Source: Acidimicrobiia bacterium
GTDB lineage: Bacteria > Actinomycetota > Acidimicrobiia > Spongiisociales > ZC4RG35
Assembly: GCA_040880765.1 (NCBI GenBank)
Contig: JBBDHT010000085.1
Location: 1 to 60,304 of the forward strand
Direction of reading: 5' to 3'
Length of the DNA: 60,304 nt
How positions within the stretch are numbered: the stretch's first letter is position 1; the number at the start of each line of letters is the position of its first letter. The translations under genes were made by a program, and so were the position numbers. Below are positions 30,194 to 39,377 of the stretch, piece after piece. The notes under the pieces were generated by a model. That model was not told the origin of the DNA and searched no databases. It worked only from the letters and a program-made list of their open reading frames with translations.

Positions 30194-31165
30194 CTAAATC
30201 GCCTCAGTGGCAAAGAAGGAAGCGGGATCTTTCTCGAAGGCTGTCTTGCAGCCCGGTGCGCAGAAGTAGTAGGTCTCGCCTGCGTGCTCGCTGATCCAGC
30301 GGGCGCTTGCGATGTCGACCTCCATCTCACACACCGGGTCGATGGCGGTGTGTGGAGGCTCGGCAGGTGCGACTCCGCCTTTCATCTTCCCCGCCGCATG
30401 CAGCGCGATCAGCTCAGCAATGATGGCGACACCGATTTCGCGATGCTGGATGGCACCGAGGTCGATACCGGCAGGCGCTTTGATTCTCGAAAGCTGTTCA
30501 TCGGAGACGCCACGGTCCTTGAGGTAGCCGAGGACGGTCTCCGCCCGACGTTTCGAGGCCACCAGGCCGATGTATCCAGCCCCGGTCGCCAGAGCCGCCT
30601 CGAGGGCGGGTTCGTCGTAGTGGCCCTGGGTGGCGACCACAATCGCGTCGCCGGGCCCGACATCGTCCGGCATCGTCATGCTGGCGACTACCGCCGAAGC
30701 TCCGGGATGGTCGGCAGGATCGCCGCCGTCGTCGACAACGGAGACCTGCCATCCCAGCGCCGAGGCCAGGTTGGTCAGGGTCTTCACGGCCGGGGACCTG
30801 CCCACGGCCACGACGTGTTGTCTGGGGAGCATGGGTTCCAGATATACCTCCAGTGCGCCTTCGCTGGTACAAGAAATCGGCACTGACACTACGTCGGGCC
30901 GATCGAGCTCGCGAATATCGTCGGGGGTGCCCAGGAAGAGAAGGCGCGGGTTTCCGTCGGCCATTGCCTCCCTCGCCTCTCTGATCACCACCGGCTCCGC
31001 ACACGCCCCACCGATCCAACCGGTGACTTTTCCGGAGGCGTCGATGATTGCCGAAGACCCCCGCTTGCCCGAGGACGGGCCCCGGGCCCAGACGACGGTC
31101 GCGACCAGAAACGGCTGGTGGCGGCTGCTCATTTCAGCCGCCAGTTCCAGCAATTCGGGCTTCAT
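30194..31165 (-). CDS. XdhC/CoxF-family protein with C-terminal YHS domain
   Basis: GWIGGACAEP, SCTSEG, YIGLVAS, PAGIDLG; C-terminal DPVCEM...YYFCAPGC. Start MKPELL at 31165. Confidence 0.88.
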   Translation of the reverse strand: MKPELLELAAEMSSRHQPFLVATVVWARGPSSGKRGSSAIIDASGKVTGWIGGACAEPVVIREAREAMADGNPRLLFLGTPDDIRELDRPDVVSVPISCTSEGALEVYLEPMLPRQHVVAVGRSPAVKTLTNLASALGWQVSVVDDGGDPADHPGASAVVASMTMPDDVGPGDAIVVATQGHYDEPALEAALATGAGYIGLVASKRRAETVLGYLKDRGVSDEQLSRIKAPAGIDLGAIQHREIGVAIIAELIALHAAGKMKGGVAPAEPPHTAIDPVCEMEVDIASARWISEHAGETYYFCAPGCKTAFEKDPASFFATEAI

Positions 31166-31167
31166 CA

Positions 31168-31329
31168 GTGGTCCGTCGCTGAAATAGGGCGAGGGTGTCT
31201 CCGAGTCATCGGCGTCATCTGGCAAGAAGAAAAGCGCACTCGCAGCCGGAAGCTGCGGCGAGCATTTTCGACGCCGCCAGGGATGTCGAGGGCCGGAGAG
31301 ACCCCGTCTGTATTTCTGCGACCGGCCAC
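31168..31329. mobile_element. MITE-like 162-bp element with 19-bp terminal inverted repeats
   Basis: GTGGTCCGTCGCTGAAATA versus the reverse complement of the right end, GTGGCCGGTCGCAGAAATA (16/19); it fills the coxL-coxF gap. Confidence 0.55.
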
Positions 31330-31334
31330 CACCA

Positions 31335-33704
31335 CTATCCCTGTCCGGAGTCTTCCATCGCAGCCCAGACCCGATCACCCGAGACCGGCATGTCGATGTT
31401 GGTGATCCCGAGATGTGACAGTGCGTCGATTACCGCGTTGACGTAGGCCGCGGGCGAGCCCACCGTTGCCGATTCGCCAACTCCCTTGGCGCCAATCGGG
31501 TGGTGCGGCGACGGGGTCACCGTCGCACCGAGCTCGAAGCGGGGAGTCTCCCACGCTGTCGGCACGAGGTAGTCCATGAACGTCGAGCCGATGCAGTTGC
31601 CGGCATCGTCGAAGGATATGTGCTGCATCGACGACATCGCGTAACCCTCGGTCAGTCCTCCGTGGATCTGGCCGTCGACGATCATCGGATTGATCCTCAC
31701 CCCGCAGTCGTCGACTGCGACCATCCGGCGCACCTTCCACTGACCGGTTCCCGGGTCGACGTCGACCACAACGATGTAGCTGCCGAACGGGTAGGTCATG
31801 TTGGGCGGGTCGTAGTAATTGACGCCTTCGAGGCCGGGCTCGAGCCCAGGCGGAACGTTGGTGTACGCAGCAAAGGCGACGTCCTGGATGGTCACCGAGC
31901 TTTCCGGGTCCCCCTTGACGAAGAACTTGCCGACCTCCCACTCGAGATCGTCCTCCGACGCCTCGAGGAGATGGGCGGCGATCTTCTTCGCTTTGGCCCT
32001 GATACTCCGCGAGATCATTGCGGTTGCGGCACCGGCGACAGGAGTGCTCCGGGACGCATACGTCCCCAACCCGTAAGGGGTGTTGTCGGTGTCTCCCTCC
32101 ATCACTTTGATGTCAGACGACGGGATCCCGAGCTCTTCGGCCACGATCTGGGCGAAGGTCGTCTCATGGCCCTGGCCCTGCGACTTGACCCCCAGCTTCA
32201 GGATCGCCTTGCCCGTGGGGTGGATCCTCAGCTCGGCGGAGTCGAACATTCGCAGACCGAGGATGTCGTAGTCGTCGCCGTGCCCGGCGCCCACCACTTC
32301 GGTGAACGAGGCGATGCCGACGCCGACCAGTTTCCCCTCCTTGCGCGCCTCCTCTTTCTCCTTCTGGATGTCGTCGTAGCCGACCATTTCCATCGCCAGT
32401 TTGAGCGCTGTCTCGTAGTCACCGGAGTCGTAAACAAATCCTGTCGGTGAGAGGTAGGGGAACTGGTCTTTCTTGATGAAGTTCTTCATCCGGAACTCGG
32501 CCGGGTCGATGCCCAACTCGTAGGCGGCGTTCTGAACCAGCCGTTCGATCAGATACGAAGCCTCCGTCACCCGGAACGAGCAACGATAGGCAACGCCTCC
32601 CGGCGCCTTGTTGGTGTACGCACCCTTGGTGGAGATGTGCGCAACCGGGTAGTCATAGGAGCCGGTGACGATGTGGAACAGACCAGCTTTGAACTTGGTC
32701 GGTTGGGCATCGGAGAAGAAGGCTCCCTGGTCGGAGAGCATCTCCACTTTGAGCCCGAGGATCTTGCCCTCGTTGCTCACTGCCAGCTCGCCATGCATGT
32801 GATAGTCGCGTCCGAAACCGGTCGAAATCAGGTTCTCGGTGCGGGTCTCCACCCATTTCACCGGCTGTCCGATCACCAGCGATGCCGCGGTTGCCACCAC
32901 GTAGCCGGGGTATACCGGCACCTTGTTGCCGAACCCCCCACCCAGGTCGGGTGAGATGATCCTGATGTTCTGCTCAGCAAGCCCGGCCACCAGCGCGAAC
33001 ACAGTCCGGTGGGCGTGGGGAGCCTGCGACGTCAGGTAGAGAGTCGCCTGGCCCGTGGCCGAGTTGACGTCGGCGACGATCCCACAGGTCTCCAATGGGG
33101 CGGGGTGTGAGCGCGGGTAGAAAGTGTCGAGGCTGACGATCTTGTCAGCGGTGGCGAACGCGGCGTCCGTCGCTGCCTTGTCGCCCGACTCCCACTCATA
33201 GACCAGGTTGGAGTCCTGGCCCTCCTTGTCGTCGCGGATGACCGGGGCATCGCTTTCGAGCGAGCGTTGCGGGGTGACGATCGGCTCCAGGTCTTCGTAC
33301 TCGACCTGGATGCGGTCGGCGGCGTCCTGGGCGATGTAGCGATCGGTGGCGATGACCGCCGCGATCTCCTGTCCCTGGAAGCGCACCTTGTCGGTGGCGA
33401 GCACCGCCTGGGTGTCGCCGCTCATCGTCGGCATCCAGGCAAGGTTGTAGCCGGCAAGCAACTCGCCGGTCACCACCGCAATCACACCTTCGACCGCTTC
33501 TGCTTCAGAGGTGTCGATGGAGATGATGCGGGCGTGCGCAAGCGGGCTGCGGTGGATCGCCATATGGAGCATTCCGGGGAGGATGATGTCATCGACGTAG
33601 TTGCCCCTCCCCTCGAGGAACCTGGCGTCTTCGACTCGTTTGCGGCTGTGGCCGAGGCCACCTACTTCGAATGTGGTTTTCGGGGCGTCTTGGGTCGTGG
33701 TCAT
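31335..33704 (-). CDS. coxL: Aerobic carbon monoxide dehydrogenase large subunit, form I
   Basis: Active-site motif AYRCSFR; also GGGFGNK, QGQGHET and GAKGVGE. Confidence 0.96.
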   Translation of the reverse strand: MTTTQDAPKTTFEVGGLGHSRKRVEDARFLEGRGNYVDDIILPGMLHMAIHRSPLAHARIISIDTSEAEAVEGVIAVVTGELLAGYNLAWMPTMSGDTQAVLATDKVRFQGQEIAAVIATDRYIAQDAADRIQVEYEDLEPIVTPQRSLESDAPVIRDDKEGQDSNLVYEWESGDKAATDAAFATADKIVSLDTFYPRSHPAPLETCGIVADVNSATGQATLYLTSQAPHAHRTVFALVAGLAEQNIRIISPDLGGGFGNKVPVYPGYVVATAASLVIGQPVKWVETRTENLISTGFGRDYHMHGELAVSNEGKILGLKVEMLSDQGAFFSDAQPTKFKAGLFHIVTGSYDYPVAHISTKGAYTNKAPGGVAYRCSFRVTEASYLIERLVQNAAYELGIDPAEFRMKNFIKKDQFPYLSPTGFVYDSGDYETALKLAMEMVGYDDIQKEKEEARKEGKLVGVGIASFTEVVGAGHGDDYDILGLRMFDSAELRIHPTGKAILKLGVKSQGQGHETTFAQIVAEELGIPSSDIKVMEGDTDNTPYGLGTYASRSTPVAGAATAMISRSIRAKAKKIAAHLLEASEDDLEWEVGKFFVKGDPESSVTIQDVAFAAYTNVPPGLEPGLEGVNYYDPPNMTYPFGSYIVVVDVDPGTGQWKVRRMVAVDDCGVRINPMIVDGQIHGGLTEGYAMSSMQHISFDDAGNCIGSTFMDYLVPTAWETPRFELGATVTPSPHHPIGAKGVGESATVGSPAAYVNAVIDALSHLGITNIDMPVSGDRVWAAMEDSGQG

Positions 33705-34177
33705 GCTGACACCTCTTCATTGTTCATAGCGGCTGCGGCCTGGATCGACTTGACGATGTTCATGTACCCGGTGCAACGGCAGAGATTTCCCGATATCGCC
33801 CAGCGGATCTCCTCATCGGTCGGGTCCGGGTTCTCTTCGAGGAACGCAGAGCCGACAAGCATCATCGCCGGGGTGCAGAACCCGCACTGGAGCCCATGCT
33901 CCTGGTGGAACGCTTTCTGCATGTTGGACAGTTCGCCGTTCTGCTTGAGGCCCTCCACGGTGGTGATGCTCCGCCCATCCGCCTGAACGGCGAACATGGT
34001 GCAAGACTTCACCGGAGTCCCGTCGACGAGGATCGTGCACACCCCGCAACTCGTGGTGTCACAGCCGATGTGAGTTCCGGTGAGCCCGAGCGTGGTGCGG
34101 ATGAAGTCGACCAGGAGCTGGCGGGGCTCGGCCTCCGCAGACCGGCTTTTACCATTGATACTGACAGTTACCTTCAT
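33701..34177 (-). CDS. coxS: CO dehydrogenase small (2Fe-2S) subunit
   Basis: GCDTTSCGVC, QCGFC, CRCTGY. Confidence 0.95.
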   Translation of the reverse strand: MKVTVSINGKSRSAEAEPRQLLVDFIRTTLGLTGTHIGCDTTSCGVCTILVDGTPVKSCTMFAVQADGRSITTVEGLKQNGELSNMQKAFHQEHGLQCGFCTPAMMLVGSAFLEENPDPTDEEIRWAISGNLCRCTGYMNIVKSIQAAAAMNNEEVSA

Positions 34178-35052
34178 GACTGACCTCCCTGGGCCATCGC
34201 CAGCGAATTGGCGAGACCACGCTCGACAAACACACCAACCACATGGCGTTTGTATTCCGCACTTCCCCTGTGATCGCCGGCAGGGTCAGACGCCGCGGCC
34301 GCAATAGCGCCCGCTTCCTTGAACAGCTCATCGCCCGGCTGGCTTCCGACCAGCAGGTTTTCGGCTTCAGTGACCTTGAGGTTGTAGGGGTAGACCGAAG
34401 TCAGAGCGATTCCTGCGCTGGCAATGGCCCCGTCGTCGCCGAGCTCGAGAGAGGTAGCGACACCTACCGTCGCGTAGTCGCCGATCTTGCGTTCCAGCTT
34501 CTGGTAGTCGCCTCCGCTGCGGGAGGAGTGCTTGTTGACGCGGACCTCGGTCACCAGCTCGTTGGGCTGGCACGATGTCGAGAACATATCGACGAGGAAC
34601 TCCGTAATCGGCACGACTCGTTCGCCGTCACTGCTGGAGAGCACCACTTCGGCACCCGTGGCCAGCATCACCGAAGCCCAGTCGCCTTCGGGGTCGTGGT
34701 GGGCGAGCGATCCGCAGACCGTTCCCAGATTGCGGACGATCGGATCGGCGATCCACGGTGCGGCGGTGGCCACCGTGTGGTTCGACCTGGTGACAAGGTC
34801 GGACTTCACGACGTCGTTGTGCCTGACCAGGGCTCCGAATGTCAGATGTCCGTTGGACTCCCCGATCGTGTCCATGCCGGGCAACCGGTTGATGTCCATA
34901 AGGGTCGTCGGGTTGGCGAGCCGGAGTTTCATCATCGGGATCAGACTCTGGCCACCGGCGAGAACCTTGACCTCGTCGCCACGTTCGGCAAGCACGGAAA
35001 GTGCCTCATCGAGTGTCGTCGGGGCCAGGTATTCGAACTGGTTCGGATACAT
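34174..35052 (-). CDS. coxM: CO dehydrogenase medium (FAD) subunit
   Basis: AGGQSLIPMMKLR, RNLGTVCGS, DHRGSAEYK. Confidence 0.94.
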   Translation of the reverse strand: MYPNQFEYLAPTTLDEALSVLAERGDEVKVLAGGQSLIPMMKLRLANPTTLMDINRLPGMDTIGESNGHLTFGALVRHNDVVKSDLVTRSNHTVATAAPWIADPIVRNLGTVCGSLAHHDPEGDWASVMLATGAEVVLSSSDGERVVPITEFLVDMFSTSCQPNELVTEVRVNKHSSRSGGDYQKLERKIGDYATVGVATSLELGDDGAIASAGIALTSVYPYNLKVTEAENLLVGSQPGDELFKEAGAIAAAASDPAGDHRGSAEYKRHVVGVFVERGLANSLAMAQGGQS

Positions 35053-35194
35053 GGGGCCTCCTCTAGGCGGTCCCGGGAATTCCGGGATCCACTTGAAACT
35101 TACTCAGCCGGAGGCAACCGCGTCGCCGAAAAGGTGAAACTTCAACCGAATTCTTGAGGAACGATCACCGAAACCGGAGGCGTATAGCGCCTGG

Positions 35195-36382
35195 TCATCG
35201 AACAAAGGGGGCGAGGTCGCCGTTGGGAAAGACCTCGACTTCGTCCATTTCCAGCCACGACGCCACCCACTCCAATTCCTTCATCAGCTCGGAACCGACA
35301 CGGGTCCGGTCTATCCCGCTTTCGCCGAATGAGCCTTTGACCAGCAGCCGGCGTGACTTGCGATCGGTCTTCAGGTCGACCCGGGCCACCAGGTCACCGT
35401 CGAGGAGGAAGGGGAGCACGTAGTAGCCGTGGACTCGTTTCGCCGCCGGGACGTAGATCTCGATGCGGTAGTAGAAGTCCCAAAGCCGCTCGGTCCGGTC
35501 GCGGTACCAGACGAGACTGTCGAATGGAGACAAAAGCGCTGTTCCCCGGGCCTCCCGGGGCAACGTCGCCTCGGGATCGAGGAGGGCCGGCTTGTCCCAG
35601 CCGGCAACTTCTATCTGTTCAAGACGCCCTTCTGCAACCAACCTCTCCAGGATGGCGCGGGCCTCCTGTTTGCCGCCCCGTGAGCGGTTCAGCCGGGGGT
35701 AGTCGATCAGGTCGTCTGCGGTGCCCACACCGAGACGGCGAGCGGATCTCATCAGTAGTCGGGAGAACGCATCCTCCCGGTCCAGCTCTGGCGTGCCGAG
35801 ATGCTCCGGAGCGATCACCCGCTCCGTCAGGTCATAGATCCGGGTGAAGTTGGGTCGTGCCGCTGCCGTCACCCGGCCCTCCATGAAGAGAGCCTCGAGC
35901 GCGACCTTGCCCTTCGACCAGTTCCACATCTCCCCCTGGAGCCGCTCCCCAGGGTCTTCGAGATCCGAGGTCTGGAGGGGACCGAACGTCCGAACCTGGT
36001 CGAGGACTGCCTCCATGTATCCGGGATGCTCGCGGTGGATCTGCTCGACACGGTCCCAGGCGGCCGGCTTCATCCTCCATCGCCAGAGGTGATGGTCTGC
36101 GGCCGGGAGCAGCGACGCCTCGTGTGCCCAGTATTCGAACACCTCCCCCGACCCCCAAAGGTAGCGGTCGAGAGCATCCCGGTCGTACGGCCCGAGGCGA
36201 GAGAAGAACGGCATGTAGTGGGCGCGGCTGAACACGTTGACCGAATCGAGCTGGACGATCCCGACTTGCCTGATCACTTTCCGGAAATGCCTGACATCGA
36301 TGCTCCCAGACGGCCGCGAGCTGTTGAAGCCCTGGGCGGCAAGGGCGAATCGTCTCGCCTGGTCTTTGGTCAGTTGCCGCAT
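35195..36382 (-). CDS. YcaQ/AlkZ-like (HTH_42) crosslink-repair DNA glycosylase
   Basis: VQLDSVNV (QxD), FEYWAHEA, LLSPFD, YRIEIYVP..KRVHGYYVLP. Confidence 0.88.
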   Translation of the reverse strand: MRQLTKDQARRFALAAQGFNSSRPSGSIDVRHFRKVIRQVGIVQLDSVNVFSRAHYMPFFSRLGPYDRDALDRYLWGSGEVFEYWAHEASLLPAADHHLWRWRMKPAAWDRVEQIHREHPGYMEAVLDQVRTFGPLQTSDLEDPGERLQGEMWNWSKGKVALEALFMEGRVTAAARPNFTRIYDLTERVIAPEHLGTPELDREDAFSRLLMRSARRLGVGTADDLIDYPRLNRSRGGKQEARAILERLVAEGRLEQIEVAGWDKPALLDPEATLPREARGTALLSPFDSLVWYRDRTERLWDFYYRIEIYVPAAKRVHGYYVLPFLLDGDLVARVDLKTDRKSRRLLVKGSFGESGIDRTRVGSELMKELEWVASWLEMDEVEVFPNGDLAPFVR

Positions 36383-36508
36383 CGACGGGTCAAGTTAGAC
36401 GGCATGGCGGACACCCGCTGTCCGGTATTCGCCGCGATAGGCTTGACCGCCCTCGCCGGGTGACCACCTGCCCCGTGTCCCCTCTCCAACCTGCCATCAT
36501 CACACCCT

Positions 36509-37810
36509 GTGATTGAGCGATACACCCTTGCCGAGATGGGCGACATCTGGGATGCGCAGCGAAAGCTCGAAGTCTGGAAAGATGTCGAGGTCCTCGCCCT
36601 GGAAGCATGGAACCGGCTGGGCAAGGTCCCGTACGGGGTCGCCGACGCCGCCCGCGATGCGGGGTGTCCGACTCCCGATGAAGTCGCCGAGCGGGAGGCC
36701 GTCACCAACCACGATCTCGCGGCTTTTGTCGACCTGCTCGGGGCGAACGCCGGCGGCGACGCCTCAGGTTGGGTCCACTACGGCCTGACCTCATCAGATG
36801 TCCTCGACACTGCCGGGGGTGTGCTGCTCAAGGAGGCCAGTGCGGTTCTCCTGGCACGTCTCGGTGGATTGTTCGAGGTCGTGAAGGCCAAGGCCCAGGA
36901 GCACGAACAGACTTACATGATCGGCCGGACCCACGGGATCTGGGCCGAGCCGACCTCGTTCGGGTTGAAGCTGGCCGGATGGGCCTTCGAACTGGAACGG
37001 GACTTCCGTCGCATGCAGGCTGCTGCCGGGTCGGTTGCCGTGGGCAAGATCTCGGGGGCGGTCGGCACCTACGCACAGGTGCCACCTGAAGTGGAAGCCC
37101 ATGTTTGTGAGCAACTCGGACTCGACATCGAACCGGCATCGACCCAGGTCACAGCCCGGGACCGCCATGCCCAGTGGCTGCAGACCATCGCATTGGTCGG
37201 AGCCTCGATCGAGCGGATGGCCACCGAGATCCGTCATCTGCAACGCTCCGAAGTGGGCGAGGTGCGGGAGGCGTTCGGAAAAGGCCAGAAGGGCTCGTCG
37301 GCGATGCCCCACAAGCGCAACCCGATCCTCTCCGAACGGATGACAGGAATGGCCCGATTGCTGCGGGGCTATGCCCAGGTCGGCCTGGAGAACGTTGCGC
37401 TGTGGCATGAGCGCGACATCAGTCATTCCTCGGCGGAGCGGGTGGTGCTTCCCGACGCATCGATCACCCTCCACTACATGCTGGTCAAGTTCACCGGACT
37501 GGTCGAGGGCCTGGTTGTCGACGGAGAGCGGATGACAGCCAACCTCGAGTCGACCCGGGGCCTCGTCTTCAGCCAGCCGGTGTTGTTGGCCCTGGTCGAA
37601 CAGGGCCTGACCCGCGACGAGGCCTACCGGATCGTCCAGCGGAACTCGATGGCGGCGTGGGAGGGGGCGGGCAACCTGATGGACCTCCTCGCCGCCGACC
37701 CCGAGGTCACCCTCGATGAGGAAACCCTGTCCGGCTGCTTCGACCTGACCCGGGTCCACAACTCCTCGAGAGTCGTATTCGAACGGTTGGACAAGCTCAA
37801 CCTAGACTGA
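36509..37810 (+). CDS. purB: Adenylosuccinate lyase
   Basis: HYGLTSSD, GRTHG, GSSAMPHKRNP, WHERDISHSS. Confidence 0.97.
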   Translation: MIERYTLAEMGDIWDAQRKLEVWKDVEVLALEAWNRLGKVPYGVADAARDAGCPTPDEVAEREAVTNHDLAAFVDLLGANAGGDASGWVHYGLTSSDVLDTAGGVLLKEASAVLLARLGGLFEVVKAKAQEHEQTYMIGRTHGIWAEPTSFGLKLAGWAFELERDFRRMQAAAGSVAVGKISGAVGTYAQVPPEVEAHVCEQLGLDIEPASTQVTARDRHAQWLQTIALVGASIERMATEIRHLQRSEVGEVREAFGKGQKGSSAMPHKRNPILSERMTGMARLLRGYAQVGLENVALWHERDISHSSAERVVLPDASITLHYMLVKFTGLVEGLVVDGERMTANLESTRGLVFSQPVLLALVEQGLTRDEAYRIVQRNSMAAWEGAGNLMDLLAADPEVTLDEETLSGCFDLTRVHNSSRVVFERLDKLNLD

Positions 37811-37816
37811 CCCAAC

Positions 37817-37883
37817 CCGTTCTGTGTCGCGCTCACCATTTGAACCCAAGCACCCCGTCCTCACAGGGATCGACACAGAACGG
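37817..37883. repeat. Palindromic repeat, 67-bp variant
   Basis: CCGTTCTGTGTCG...CGACACAGAACGG, a perfect 13-bp inverted repeat. Confidence 0.85.
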
Positions 37884-38001
37884 CTGAACCCGTGCACGAC
37901 AGTTCGCCGGTAAAAGGCAACGATCGAGCGAAACAGAGGCGAGCCGGAGGGACATCTCAGTAGGCTCTTCCCCGGCGAACCCGGCGAAGACGGACCCCCT
38001 G

Positions 38002-39231
38002 ATGGCAAGCAAACTCGGCAAGGACTTCGACAAGCTCTCGATAGCTGCCGCCATCTCTAACATCGGAGACGGGGTATTCGGGGCCGCTTTCCCACTTCTG
38101 GTTGCATCGATCACCCGTGATCCGGTCCTGGTTGCTGGTGCCACCCTGGCATCACGCCTCCCATGGTTGCTCTTCGCCCTGATCTCGGGTGCGCTCGTCG
38201 ATCGCATGGACCGCAAGCGGGTCATGGTCTTCATCAACGTTCTCCGAGCCGTGGGGGTTGGGTTCCTTGCTCTTACGGTGGCGACCGACCAGGTCAATCT
38301 CTGGGTGATCTACACCATCGCATTCGGTCTGGGCGTGAGTGAGACCTTCTTCGACACGTCGGCCGAAGCCCTGACCCCGCGCACGGTCACCGAATCCCAA
38401 CTCGCAGCAGCCAACGGTCGTCTTCAGGGACTGGAATGGGCCGGAAATGCCTTCGTCGGGCCGCCGCTCGGTGCCTTCATGTTCGCTGCGTTCGCTGCGG
38501 CCCCCTTTTTCTTCGACGCCGCCACCTTCGCCGCCGCGGCGATTTTCATAGCGCTCATTTCCGGAACCTTCCGGAGTGAGCGCGTCGATGTGACATCGAT
38601 CCGCGCCGACATCCGCGATGGCGTCCGCTGGCTGTGGAATCAACGCGTCGTCAGGACGTTGGCAATCATGGCCGGTATCACCAATCTCTTCACCACGGGG
38701 ATCGTGGCGATATTCGTCCTCTACGCCCAGGACATCCTTGGCGTCTCCGACACGGGATTCGGGATCCTGCTGGCAAGTTTGGGTGTAGGGGGACTGGCCG
38801 GTGCCGTGCTGACGCCGCGGGTGGTGGCAGCAATTGGATCGGGCAACACGATTCGTGCCTCGCTGATCGTCCAGGCTCTTGCAACGATGTCGTTTGTGTT
38901 CACGACCAACGCCCCTGTCGCGGGTGTTCTGATGGCCCTCTACGGGCTGACGATCACGGCGTGGAACGTGGTCGCGGTGACTCTGCGCCAGAGTCTCACT
39001 CCGGACGGAAAGCGGGGACGCGTCGCCGGGGCCTCGCGCCTGTTGGCCTGGGGATCCCAACCCTTGGGGGCGCTCCTCGGTGGTGTATTTGCTTCCGCCT
39101 TCGGTTTGAGGAGTCCCTTCTTGATCGCCTCCCTGGCATTCACCGTCGCCACGATTGTCATCTGGCAGATCATCTCGAATCCGTCCATCGAGGCAGCCCG
39201 CAACGCACCAAAAACCGGGGCCACCACCTGA
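38002..39231 (+). CDS. MFS transporter
   Basis: About 12 TM helices; motif A-like GALVDRMDRKR. Confidence 0.9.
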   Translation: MASKLGKDFDKLSIAAAISNIGDGVFGAAFPLLVASITRDPVLVAGATLASRLPWLLFALISGALVDRMDRKRVMVFINVLRAVGVGFLALTVATDQVNLWVIYTIAFGLGVSETFFDTSAEALTPRTVTESQLAAANGRLQGLEWAGNAFVGPPLGAFMFAAFAAAPFFFDAATFAAAAIFIALISGTFRSERVDVTSIRADIRDGVRWLWNQRVVRTLAIMAGITNLFTTGIVAIFVLYAQDILGVSDTGFGILLASLGVGGLAGAVLTPRVVAAIGSGNTIRASLIVQALATMSFVFTTNAPVAGVLMALYGLTITAWNVVAVTLRQSLTPDGKRGRVAGASRLLAWGSQPLGALLGGVFASAFGLRSPFLIASLAFTVATIVIWQIISNPSIEAARNAPKTGATT

Positions 39232-39249
39232 CGGAGGGCACGGGCCACA

Positions 39250-39375
39250 TCCTTCTGTGTCCCGAACAGTCCGCATACCGAACCAGAACCGACACAGAAC
39301 GGGATCAAGCCGACGCGCCATCCCCTTCTGTGAGTGTCTGCCTACACACAGTGTCGACAGACACTCACAGAACGG
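39250..39375. repeat. Two adjacent 53-bp palindromic repeats
   Basis: 39250-39302 TTCTGTGTC...GACACAGAACGG; 39323-39375 TTCTGTGAGTGTCTG...CAGACACTCACAGAACGG. Confidence 0.85.
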
Positions 39376-39377
39376 TC

